From positions 8,004,771 through 8,068,770 of the forward strand of contig CAJINV010000004.1 of NCBI GenBank assembly GCA_905178155.1: DNA of 64,000 bases, read 5' to 3'. Both the position numbers and the translations under genes were made by a program. Shown here in pieces: positions 29,901-41,316 of this stretch. Below the pieces are notes generated by a model that made no database searches, was not told where the DNA came from, and saw nothing but the letters and a program-made list of their open reading frames with translations. Numbering within the stretch: position 1 is the first letter of the stretch; every line of letters begins with the position of its first letter. This DNA is from Amoebophrya sp. A120. Its lineage: Eukaryota > Protista > Dinoflagellata.

Positions 29901-32551
29901 ATATGATAGTGCACAATTCCCCCTTCCCCTCATTTGTCATGCAAAATACCCAATCCACCCATTGGTTGCCTCTTGGCACTGTTTGCATGACAAGTTCTGG
30001 TAGCACAAATAGCACGACAATCCAATGCAAATTTGTCATGCAAAACCGGCATTCTACTTGCTGGTGCTTGTATTGCCGTTCATGCTATACAAATGAGGGC
30101 GAGGGGGAGTTGTGCACTCTCATAGGGAACACCTAGCTCGCACAGCATCAGCACGCACGAAGGGGAACAGCAAGCAGCTAATAAAAACACCAGCAAGCCG
30201 TCTAGTAGTAAGCCCGTAGAAAATATCCAAGAAAAAAGGATTGTAGGTGTAACTTTCTTGGAGGATTAGCATGACATTGACAAATATGTCACGCATGACA
30301 GCAAAAACCTGTCATGCGCAGATAGTACGCGAAACGCCCTTGAGTGAGCCCTTCTACTATGCAGGCTCAGCATGACAGGCGCAATCAATTTGCATGCTGC
30401 GCATCACAAATTTACACTAACAACGTTTTTTTCTTGGATAGAGAAGGCCTCTGGCTACGTGGTTTGGACCATCCCGGAGCTCGCCTACTCCGGCCTGACG
30501 ACAAAGTATGCATTGCAAAAATGTCTGGGTCTGGAAGGATGCAGATTTTTGTCACGCTGTTTTTCCATGACCTGGAAGGTCTGGCAAGCAAGGTCTAGCA
30601 TTACAGGTTTTGAGAAGCTGCGTCGATGCCTAATCCGCATCACAAATCGCCTATTTTTTCGGTGACAAAAGTGGGCAACTCTTGCTGTCTACGCATGGGA
30701 GATTTTTGTGTGTTGTGAGATGCGCATCACAAGTTCCGTCTTTCCAGACCCAGACATTTTTGCAGTTGATACAAAGGAAGCCGTTACGAAATACGGCCAG
30801 GAAGCCATTACGACGGTGGCGATCCCGTTCGGCGCGAGCGTGCGTGGCATTGTGAGTCAGGAGGTAGGTTTCCTCAAACTGGTAGTGGCTACGCGCATGG
30901 CGCAGAAGCAAGAAAGCGGGAAGGACCTAAAGGCGGGACAGATACTCGGGGTGCACATCATTGGCGAGTCGGCATTATCAGTTGCAAATTAATGTGTCTA
31001 GGTGTGGAAGGACCTTCCGAGGTTTGTGTTTGTCAACATGCTCGGCCAGCATGAAAAATCTCAAGTCTGTCCTGCACGTTTTATCCAAACACACCTTTTT
31101 TCTGTCATGCAGAAGGAGAAACGCAGCTTACCATGCACAACAAAAAGCCACGCCGTAGCTGCTGCAACTCAAAAATTTGTCATGCTTGGTAGTCATCAAC
31201 TGAGATGTCCTCATGATTTTTGTCCAGCCCGCGGCGTTACAAGTTCTTTCCAGACGCAGAGGACATATTTGCAAGTCATACCCCTGTGAGCTGATCAACG
31301 TCGGAGCAGTTTTCGTGCACGAAAAGAAAACCGTTTTTGACGTTTTGGAACTCGTGTTTCCCGCGGTGACCATGCACGAGCTGTACGCCCGCGCGGCGAA
31401 CGACGCCACCCTGAAACTGGATGGCACCAGCAACGTTTTGTCGGTCGTCGCTTGGAAGCGGCTGAACGCCAGCTATGAATTACAAATCTGTCTGGGTCTG
31501 GAAAGTGGATGCAGCGAATTTCATCTGTTGCTGCTGGGTCTCGCATGACAGAGCGATGTTTTGTATGGCGTGGGCGTATCACAAATTTTTCGCCTGCTGG
31601 TATGTTTGACAGCACCAAGAACTTCATTTGCATGCCAAAGCCAAACTGAGATTCACAGCATGACAAAGAAACTTATGGCCAATCGTATTCATACGCATTA
31701 CGGATCCCGCTGTCCTCCACATTCATTCGTATATCACAGATCCAGACCCAGCCCTATTTGCAATGCATACCAGCCTGCAAAGGACCATCGCGACGGTAAA
31801 GGCGCAGCTGGAAGCGGGGAGGAATGTTGAGAAAATCGCAGAAGAGGATGGGGAATTGATGCAGAAACTCGCGGAGGTCATCCAAAAATATTCAACCACG
31901 AATTTTCATACAAAAGAGGACAGTAGTACAACTTCTGCTGAGAACAAAGATAGTAAAGCAGAAGACGCACACGACAAGCATGAAGGAGAAGAGGGTCCTC
32001 CTGGAGGTGCACCACCAGCCGCAACGAAAAATCACCAGCAGCAGCCGGTGGACGAGAAAATGAAAATGACCGGTCTGGAAACCGCCATTTTGGAGGTATT
32101 GTTCAAAACGTTTGACGATGACGAAAGTGGTCAGCTGGATTTGGCCGAGCTAAAGACCATGTTCAATGAAAGTTTCGGATTGGACTTGACGAAAGAAGAA
32201 GTTCAGGAGATGCTGGTGGAAGTGGACGCTGACCGAAGCGGCACCATTGACTTTGACGAATTCGTATGGGGCGGACTCAAACGTTACATTCTCAACTGTT
32301 ACGTACATGATTTGTCATGCCAAATCACTATCAACACCGCCACGATCAAGCTACTTCGCATGACGAATTCTCGACGCGCCAAATAGCACTAGAATCCGCA
32401 CCAGATCTGTAATGCAAGACGCGCAAGATTCTCCCGCTCACCTCCTGTGCTATTCTTGCATTAAAAATCCATGTAACAGTAACTGAGAGTGTAACGGTTG
32501 AGAACGCCATAACTCGTGCTTGTCGTTTCGAGACACGTCGTCGGCGCGTGA
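26921..32551 (+). CDS. sthA: Soluble pyridine nucleotide transhydrogenase-like flavoprotein with C-terminal EF-hand pair, 12 exons
   Basis: Spliced motifs: FDVAVLGGGPVG (FAD), PTGGHSKCLREAA (no CxxxxC disulfide), VLATGS, VVVLGGGIIGVEYAQIF (NAD), IYAVGDV, WTIPELAYSGLT, ILGVHIIG, FPAVTMHELY (no HPT), then DDDESGQLDLAE and DADRSGTIDFDE. Stop TGA at 32549-32551. Confidence 0.8.
26994..27282 (+). mobile_element. Introner, family E
   Basis: TIR tattctaatgtaaaaacgtctccaca / tgtggggatgtttttacacaggata. Repeat TTTTG. Confidence 0.88.
27342..27597 (+). mobile_element. Introner, family A
   Basis: Degenerate family A TIR. Repeat CGCTG/CGGTG. Confidence 0.85.
27660..27983 (+). mobile_element. Introner, family E
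   Basis: tatcctgaggaaaaacg / cgtttttacaccggata. Joins HGL-PTGGHSK. Confidence 0.85.
28759..29010 (+). mobile_element. Introner, family A
   Basis: Near-perfect ~29-bp TIR. Repeat TCGTG. Confidence 0.93.
29342..29609 (+). mobile_element. Introner, family A
   Basis: Family A TIR. Repeat GATAA/TATAA. Confidence 0.88.
29902..30124 (+). mobile_element. Introner, family G (long TIR)
   Basis: tatgatagtgcacaattcccccttccctcatttgt / acaaatgagggcgagggggagttgtgcactctcata. Frame restored by removing the element plus 5 nt. Confidence 0.85.
30224..30440 (+). mobile_element. Introner, family D
   Basis: tatccaagaaaaaa / ttttttcttggata. Repeat GAAAA/GAGAA. Confidence 0.88.
30507..30771 (+). mobile_element. 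Introner, family A
   Basis: Family A TIR. Repeat CAAAG. Confidence 0.92.
30976..31280 (+). mobile_element. Degenerate introner, family A
   Basis: tatcagttgcaaat / atttgcaagtcata. Joins IGES-(A)CELIN. Confidence 0.8.
31474..31769 (+). mobile_element. Introner, family A
   Basis: Family A TIR. Repeat CCAGC. Confidence 0.88.
32265..32511 (+). mobile_element. Introner, family C
   Basis: tatggggcggactcaaacgttaca / tgtaacggttgagaacgccata. Repeat ATTCG/ACTCG. Confidence 0.88.
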
Positions 32552-33250
32552 TTTTTTGCCTTGCAAAGGACCTTTTATTTGATACGACTTGAACTTGATA
32601 TTTCTGATTGTAATTTTCCTACGCGAAATTCATACGGGAAAGCCGAAGCCCTGTTTCGTTAAATAACAATTTTTGTATATGCTTTTCACTGTAGTTGCGT
32701 CCACTTTATATTTCTTGTTTCGCCAGCTCGCGGTGGACACTACTTCTGGGAGCTTTAGTGTTAGTTTCAGCAGGCAATAATTTTTCGCAGTAGCATATAT
32801 TTTTTCCGAGCGAACGTGAACAAAAGTCATTCACTTCAACGCCTTCGTGGCGAGGTCGAGGACTCCCAATTCGAACGAGCGCAAACTCGGTTTGCACGAC
32901 TTTTTGAAAACATTGGACGGAAGAATTATAGGGCTTTAGTTTGACAATCTTGAGGCCTGAGGCTGAGGAGCAACAGCACGTCACTGTCAACAGTTACTTG
33001 CACTGACGCAGGCGTGTGCTCGAAGTGGCGCTACCGCAACAACCTCAACCTACGTACTATTTTCGATTTGTTCGACAGTGTATGAAATCCTTTTCCTTTC
33101 CGATGAAGACATGCGAGGACGTAATAATGTTACAAAAGAAATTTTTCCTGCGCACTGCTTCTTCGGCGGCAGGTCATGCTCTTGTGGATTGAGCAGCAGC
33201 GTCGGCATGTGATCCGCCTTGCATAGGGGGTACGCGCACCCCCTGATCAG

Positions 33251-33960
33251 AACGGCGAGGCCATTCCATGCGGCCTGACAGATGGCGGCCTGTCGCTTTT
33301 CCTCCACCTCCGGGGCCGGCTTTTTCGCCCGAAACGGCGAGGCCATTCCATGCGGCCTGACAGATGGCGGCCTGTCGCTTTTCCTCCACCTCCGGGGCCG
33401 GCTTTTTCGCCCGAAACGGCGAGGCCATTCCATGCGGCCTGACAGATGGCGGCCTGTCGCTTTTCCTCCACCTCCGGGGCCGGCTTTTTCGCCCGAAACG
33501 GCGAGGCCATTCCATGCGGCCTGACAGATGGCGGCCTGTCGCTTTTCCTCCACCTCCGGGGCCGGCTTTTTCGCCCGAAATGGCGAGGCCATTCCATGCG
33601 GCCTGACAGATGGCGGCCTGTCGCTTTTCCCCCACCTCCGGGGCCGGCTTTTTCGCCCGAAACGGCGAGGCCATTCCATGCGGCTTGACAGATGGCGGCC
33701 TGTCGCTTTTCCCGCCCCCACCTCCGGGGCCGGCTTTTTCGCCCGAAACGGCGAGGACATTCCATGCGGCCTGACAGATGGCGGCCTGTCGCTTTCCCTC
33801 CACCTCCGGGGCCGGCTTTTTCGCCCGAAACGGCGAGGCCATTCCATGCGGCATGCCAGATGGCGGCCTGTCGCTTTCCCTCCGTCCACCCCCGGGCCGG
33901 GGCCGGCTTTTTCATTCGCCCGAAACGGCGAGGCCATTCCATGCGGCCTGACAGATGGCC
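33251..33960. repeat. 82-bp tandem repeat, ~8.5 near-identical copies
   Basis: Unit aacggcgaggccattccatgcggcctgacagatggcggcctgtcgcttttcctccacctccggggccggctttttcgcccga. Confidence 0.95.
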
Positions 33961-34008
33961 CATGCATTTCCTTCCTTTCAGGAGGCAGCGACGCCCCATG
34001 CCTGTACT

Positions 34009-35900
34009 TGGCCTATTCTGCATGCTATGCTAGCTGGGAGCGCAGTGGAGCGGGCCTCGTTGGGACATTGGCGGAAGTGGCGTCTTTGGGCCTACTATTT
34101 GGCCTCTTCTGCGTGCTATGCTCGCTGGGAGCGCACAAAAAGGGCAGCGATTGGAGCATTTACGAGGGGCAGAGATTTTCGGCCCATCATTTGTTTGGCC
34201 TATTCCGCACGCTGTGCTCGCTGGGAGCGCACAGAAACGGCCCTCATTTGGGGAGCGGGGTTTTCGGACCCACCATTTCGCCTAGTCCGCATGCTGTGCT
34301 CGCTGGGTGAGCACAAAAACGGCCGTGATTGGAGCATTGGTGGAGGGCAGGGATTTTGGGCCCATTATTTGGCCTACTCTGCACGGTGTGCTGGCTGGGA
34401 GCGCACCGAGAGAGCCCTCGTTGTGGCATTTGGGGCAGCGGGTTTTTTGGACCCCCTATAATTTGGCCTCTTCTGCGTGCTATGCTTGCTGGGAGCGCAG
34501 CGAAACGGGCCTCGTTGGGGCATTGGTGGCAACGAGGTTTTTGGACCCACTATTTAGCCTATTCTGCATGCTGTGCTCGCTGGGAGCGCAGTGAAACGGG
34601 CCTCGTTGGGACATTGGCGGAAGCGGCGTCTTTCGGCCCACTATTCGGCCTCTTCTGCATGCTATGCTCGCTGGGAGCGCACAAAAAGGGCAGCGATTGG
34701 GGCATTTACGAGGGGCAGAGATTTCCGGCCCATCATTTGCCCTATTCCGCACGCTGTGCTCGCTGGGAGCGCACAGAAACGGCCCTCATTGTGGGGGCGG
34801 GGTTTTTAGATCCAGTATTTGGCCTATTCCGCACGCTGTGCTCGCTGGGAGCGCACAAAAACGGCCGTGATTGGACCATTGGTGGAGGGCAGGGATTTTG
34901 GGCCCGATATTTGGCCTATTCTGCACGGTATGCTCGCTGGGAGCGCACCGAGAGAGCCCTCGTTGTGGCATTGGGGGCAGCGGTTTTTTTGGGCCCACTA
35001 TTTGGCCTATTCTGCATGCTATGCTCGCTGGGAGCGCACAAAAACGGCAGCAGCCGGGACATCGGCGGGGGCCAGGGATTTTGGACTCACTATCTGGCCT
35101 GTTCTGCACGCTGTACTGGCTGGGAGCGCAGCGAAGCGGCCCTCTTTGGGGCATTGATGGAAGCGCCGTTTTTGGACCTCCTATTTGGCCTGTTCTGCAC
35201 GCTATGCTCGCTGGGAGCGCACAAAATCGGCAGCGATTGGGGCATTTGCGAGGGGCAAAGATTTCCGCCCCACTATTTTGCCTATTCTGGACGCTGTGCT
35301 CGCTGGGAGCGCACCGAAACGGCCCTCGTTGGGGCAGGGGTGGCAGCGAGGCTTTTTCAGCCTACTGCCTGCCCTATTCTGCACGCTGTGCTCGCTGGGA
35401 GCGCACAAAAACGGCAGCAATTGGGGCATTTATGCGGGGCAGAGATTTTCGGGCCCCCATTTGGCCTATTCCGCGCGCTGTGCTCGCTGGGAGCGCACAG
35501 CAACGGCCCTCATTGCGGGGGCTGGGTTTTTGGATCCAACATTTGGCCTATTCCGCACGCTGTTCTCGCTGGGAGCGCACAAAAACGGCCGTGGTTGGAG
35601 CATTGTTGGGGGGCAGGGATTTTGGGCCCATTATTTGGCCTACTCTGCACGGTGTGCTCGCTGGGGCCGCACCGAGAGAGCCCTCGTTGTGGCATTGGGG
35701 GAAGCGGGTTTTTTGGACCAACTATTTGGCCTATTCTGCATGCTATGCTCGCTGGGAGCGCACAAAAACGGCAGCGGCCGGGACACCGGCGAGGGACAGG
35801 GATTTTGGACCCACTATTTGGTCTTTTCTGCGCGCTATACTCGCTGGGAGCGCAGCGAAACGGGCCTCGTTGGGGCATTGGTGGCAGTGAGGTTTTTGGG
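34009..35900. repeat. Diverged ~90-bp satellite with higher-order cycle, ~21 units
   Basis: Conserved core ttggcctattctgcacgctgtgctcgctgggagcgca. Variable halves recur in the same order. Confidence 0.9.
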
Positions 35901-35904
35901 CCCT

Positions 35905-37521
35905 CCAGGCCCAGGTCGTCTGCAGGATTTCCCCCCAGCCCATACTCCAGCCGAGGGTCGTTTGGAGGATTTTCCTCCAGCCCAAGGTCGTCTGGAGGAT
36001 TTTCCTCCAGGACAAGGTCGTCTGGAGGATTTTCGTCCAGGGCCACAGCTTCTGGCGGGGGGGATTTTCCTCCAGGCCAAGGTCGTCTGGAGGATTTCCC
36101 CCCAGCCCATCCTCCAGCCCAGGGTCGTCTGGAGGATTTTCCTCCAAGGCAAAGTCGTCTGGAGGATTTTCCTCCAGGACAAGGTTGTCTGGAGGATTTT
36201 CCTCCAGGGCCACAGCTTCTGGAGGATTTTCCTCCAGGCCAAGGTCGTCTGGAGGATTTTCCTCCAGGCCAAGGTCGTCTGGAGGATTTTCCTCCAGCCC
36301 AAGGTCGTCTGGAGGATTTTCCTCCAGCTCAGCCTCCAGCCCAAGGTTGTCTGGAGGATTTTCCTCCAGGGCCACAGCTTCTGGAGGATTTTCATCCCGG
36401 GCAAGGTCGTCTGGAGGATTTTCCTCCAGGCCCAGATCGTCTGGAGGATTTTCCTCCAGGGCCACAGCGTCTGGAGGATTTTCCTCCAGGCCCAGGTCGT
36501 CGTCTGGAGGATTTTCCTCCAGGCCAAGGTCGTCTGGAAGATTTTCCTCCAGCTCAGCTTCTAGGCCAAGGTCGTCTGGAGGATTTTCCTCCAGGGCCGC
36601 AGCGTCTGGAGGATTTTCCTCCAGGGCCACTGGAGGATTTTCCTCCAGGGCCAGGTCGTCTGGAGGATTTTCCTCCAGGCCAAGGTCGTCTGGAGGATTT
36701 TCCTCCAGCTCAGCCTCCAGCCCAAGGTCGTCTGGAGGATTTTCCTCCAGGACAAGGTCGTCTGGAGGATTTTCGTCCAGGGCCACAGCTTCTGGCGGGG
36801 GGGATTTTCCTCCAGGCCAAGGTCGTCTGGAGGATTTCCCCCCAGCCCATCCTCCAGCCCAGGGTCGTCTGGAGGATTTTCCTCCAAGGCAAAGTCGTCT
36901 GGAGGATTTTCCTCCAGGACAAGGTTGTCTGGAGGATTTTCCTCCAGGGCCACAGCTTCTGGAGGATTTTCCTCCAGGCCAAGGTCGTCTGGAGGATTTT
37001 CCTCCAGGCCAAGGTCGTCTGGAGGATTTTCCTCCAGCCCAAGGTCGTCTGGAGGATTTTCCTCCAGCTCAGCCTCCAGCCCAAGGTTGTCTGGAGGATT
37101 TTCCTCCAGGGCCACAGCTTCTGGAGGATTTTCATCCCGGGCAAGGTCGTCTGGAGGATTTTCCTCCAGGCCCAGATCGTCTGGAGGATTTTCCTCCAGG
37201 GCCACAGCGTCTGGAGGATTTTCCTCCAGGCCCAGGTCGTCGTCTGGAGGATTTTCCTCCAGGCCAAGGTCGTCTGGAAGATTTTCCTCCAGCTCAGCTT
37301 CTAGGCCAAGGTCGTCTGGAGGATTTTCCTCCAGGGCCGCAGCGTCTGGAGGATTTTCCTCCAGGGCCACTGGAGGATTTTCCTCCAGGGCCAGGTCGTC
37401 TGGAGGATTTTCCTCCAGGCCAAGGTCGTCTGGAGGATTTTCCTCCAGCTCAGCCTCCAGCCCAAGGTCGTCTGGAGGATTTTCCTCCAGGACAAGGTCG
37501 TCTGGAGGATTTTCCTCCAGC
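35905..37521. repeat. ~30-bp palindromic minisatellite with a 740-bp higher-order duplication
   Basis: Core ctggagga-ttt-tcctccag (8-bp stem) plus an ~11-nt linker. Identical blocks offset by 740 bp (36185 vs 36925). Confidence 0.95.
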
Positions 37522-40500
37522 TCATCAGCAGCAGCACCTGACATGTGCAGTCAGAGCAGTACTCTGGTGTTCCTGTTCGCTTAGCTTTGTCCCAGTGCGA
37601 GCACACCTCCCTTCGCGCGGGGTCAGGACACGCCGTCTGTTCTAAAGCTTGAAGCCCGGCCTCCTCGGCGCCCGAATCGTGACGATTTGATCGTCACGTT
37701 CGACAAACATGAAGATGAGGACGGTATAACTAAATTTTTGCGGTATTGAGATCCGCACCGGCACGAGTAGCAGATGAGAGTGGGTGTGAGAACAGTATCT
37801 AACACAAATGTCAATCAAGCACAAGTGAAAATTGCCAATGGTGCACGAGAGGAAAAACAGGGAGATGCGCAGTTGTGAGGAGCGGAATGAAAATGATGTC
37901 TAGCGTTGAAAAACAAATTTTATAAGGCAAAACCAAGTTAGCAGGTGCAAAGAGAAGATGCCTCGCGCATTGTCCGGTCGTGCTTTTCTGCGTGCACAGC
38001 TGGACTTTTGCGATCGTCAAATCCTGTGTACTCCGCTGAATTTCACGACACAAGGCTGGTCAACGGGTTATCGACACGCACGGAGCAGCCGCCGTGCGTC
38101 AGCGCTAGCGCCGTCCTTCTCCCGCTTGCTTCACAGGCTGCCGGGAGGCTGTGCGCGTGCCGCTGGCCGAAAGGCTTGGCGCGTGCATCTGCCGTGGCGC
38201 TAAGCTTTCAAGCAAGTCCAGGAAATTAATGACGCGCGCGCATGTCAAAATCGGAACCGACCGGAGACTCCGCCGCCCTACAGAAGGCGCCCGGCGCCAT
38301 GCCATCGCCCGGCCCGCTGCGCCGCCCGGCCTCGGCGCACGAGCTCCCTCGCCCCGGTTTTGCGGCAGCGTGGTAAGTATGGAGGAAGAACCCGGCTGCG
38401 CCGCATCGCTGGACGGATTCCTGCCAAGCAGCGCCAAGAGTGGTCGCTCGTAGGATCAGTTTTATTTTCGGCGGGCGGCTGCAACGCCTTCGCCCTGTGG
38501 CCAGCGCTGGTTGTTTTCTACGCGGCCTTCCGCCGCGCCCGGCCCGACATGCAGCGATCGGGGCGCCGCTCTGCAGTGTTTGGCGCAGCTGCCCCACCAG
38601 CTCCTAGTCGGCTAGAGGGCCGCGGTAGTACCGCTGCGGGCCCTGCTTGTCTGGCCATCGAGTTTTGCCTTCGTGCTGAAAGAACCAGAGCCACGGTGCC
38701 TCTGTTTCGTTGCGCAGCTGGTTGTCCTCCATGTTTACGCGTATTTTCTGGTCACCGGCACAAATACGCGCCGTCTCTGCGCCGACGCGGTCTCCGAGAA
38801 ACTTTCTTTGAGTGCCAGAAGAGGGCTTCTCGGCGGGCGGCCCGTCAAGGGCGAGCGTCCGTGAGTGTGTCGCGCTTCGAGTGTCAAATGCGACGTAGGA
38901 GCGACTGTGGGACTTTGGCACGGGCGTCTTCAAGCGTTCTTTTTAAAGCGACGCGCATATGGCGGAGGCGGGGCCGCCTCCGTGATAAATGAGTGTGCCC
39001 TGTTGAGAGGATCTTGTATTGAAAGGCGATGTCAGAATCAGCTTCAGAATGTTCATCTCCAATTGAGCAACGTTAGTCAACTTTTACCTCATCGTCGGAT
39101 CGCCGCTGGGCTGGTCTTACTGTTGAAAAACAAGATGTAGCCCTCCGGAAGAAAGGAAGCTTGCAACGCAACTGCCGTGGCCCTTTTGGTGTGCGTAGCT
39201 ACTCTGTATTGGTGCGTGTAGAAACCGTGGCGACGGTGAGGCCAATGTAGAGAAACACTCTACTACGCCGCCCCCCATGACGGCCACGGTGTTGCACCTT
39301 CGTCACCAACCGCCCCTGCAAGTCGGCGCCGTCGCTTGTGACTACGCCCGAACAGGGAAAGGCTGCGCACACATCGACCCGGCGACGGCGCTGGTACCCA
39401 CTTGCCCGGCCAGATGGACGGGGCCGACCGAATCCGCAGCAGGGTCGGCTACGTGTACGGGGTTGAGTACGATAAGACAATTGCGTCGGTCCGCCTGGCG
39501 TGTTAACCGCGGCCGCTGCTGCCCTCCCTGTATGTTGAATAGTATGCCGGGAAGCCCCTCGCGCTCGCCCCAGGTGGCCGGTGAAGAATTGGGCGCATCG
39601 CGCGGGCCGGCTCGCCGCGCTTCGTTCGAGCCGCCCCGGCATTGCGCCGGCCGGCGGGCCGGGCAGTGAACAGTCTTAGTGCCGCGCGCGCCGGCTGGTT
39701 GTGCAGCGCGAGCCTTTGGAACTTTCTTGGGCCGGCGCTGTGGCGGATATTGCCGCCCCTGCGGCTGTTCGCATGCCCCTGTGGCCGCACTTCTGGCGAA
39801 TGCAGGGCTGCGCCGAGGGCCCTGCTTCCGCCGGCCATAGGCCGCCCTGCGCACTTTCTGTTGCTTTCCGCAAGCAGGGCCGCGGAGGTGAGGCCGCTGC
39901 GTTGGCGCGGCAGCTGCGTTTGGCAGACCACAGCGGCCCGTGCTATTGCTCTGATAGATGGCTTCCCAAATACATACGTATAGATATTTTGTGTGCTTGA
40001 GCAGCACGTGCTGTTGGCTCACGCGCGATGTTGCGACGACGAGTGTGTCTTCCCAACAGGCCTTTGAGCACTACACAAAGTAAGAGCGACTGTGGAGCAC
40101 ATGATGAGCTAAGATTTTCTTCTAAAATGTCAGAGGAGATGAGATTTGAGTGTCGGCTTGCGGGCCTCACGGCAATATTGTCAGATGATGATCTAGTTCA
40201 TGCTCGAGACTTGTTGTGTCTGCTCGAAAGTGATTATAGGCGCCATGGTAGAAGACCGAAAAACGTTTCCATTTTCACCCCCTGCCAGACGTCGCTCTGC
40301 GGAGTTGATCTGACCCTGTTGAACAAGCAGGGCGCGGCGCGTCGGTGTAGGTCGCCGACCTGGCCCGGCCCGTGAGATCCAAGCCACGACAGCTAGGTGG
40401 ACCGGATCCCGTCTGCCGTTCTTACCGCGGGGTGGGGCGCCGATGGGTCGCAGCATCAAAAAAATATACGACTTCCCGCTGCACGATTTCGGCCGAGCCC

Positions 40501-41316
40501 CCCGCGCCCTGGCGGTTGACGAAGCGCGGGCGAGCGCCCCGCTCGCTCCCGGCCGCCGCTGGCGTGCCCTTGGCTTAACCCGCCGCCGCGGTTGTGATGA
40601 CGCGGCGGCCGCCCTTCCTCGTCCGGACGGGCCCGGGCGCGCCCCAACGGGCCGGCCGCAGTAGGCCGTCGCGCGAGCGCACGCGCGGCGGAGTTCGCGC
40701 CCGGGAAAGCCCCATCCCGCAATCAGAGAAAGCACAATACAGCATGTTTTTGGCCGCTGCTGCCGAAATTGCGCCGCCTGTGATGGCCTCGTGCCGCCGT
40801 GGCCGCCGCGCTTACGCCTCGGCGTACGCCCGCGGCCGCCCACGCTGAACCGGAATAATTCGCGTTGGCGTTTGATGACCGTCTGGGCCGTGATTCTGTA
40901 AACAACAGCGGCTACACTATTTGAACATCTGTTCAGCTGGTGTCCGTGCCAAGTGCGACGTGAGCTTTTCTTGAAGATGCATTTGTGAGATGGAAACAGC
41001 CGCTTCCAGGACAAGGGTTCCGTTTAAGTGCGTGCTTGAATTTTGGAGAGGCTGTGCGGCCTATGCCTTTTTTCAATAATCGTGTGATCAGTGACCTTCG
41101 CTAGTCGTTGTAGTCCCATGTTCCAGACATGCGTGATGAATGGGATCATTCTCTGACGAAATTATACGATACAACTGCTACTTCGGCATCAAATTGTCCT
41201 GTCGAAGGTTCGGAACATTTGTTCAATATCAATACTATACTAGAACAGCAAGCATGCGCTCACATAATGACGGCCCCTGATACAGTGCCCGGGCCCGCAC
41301 TGGCGCAGTTCTTAAA

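Noticed and set aside
26921-32551. Dihydrolipoamide dehydrogenase or glutathione reductase
   Set aside because: The redox CxxxxC and C-terminal HPTxxE motifs are absent.
34009-35900. CRISPR array (37-bp conserved core with variable intervening sequence)
   Set aside because: The intervening parts are homologous to each other and recur cyclically, cores are degenerate, there are no cas genes, and the context is eukaryotic.
35905-37521. CRISPR-like palindromic repeat with spacers
   Set aside because: Linkers are ~11 nt and drawn from a few repeated variants, so this is a minisatellite.
33050-37645. Long ORFs of 200-991 aa over the satellites as real genes
   Set aside because: They are open in several frames on both strands because the repeat units lack stops. 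Only the minus-strand acidic frame is kept as a weak candidate.
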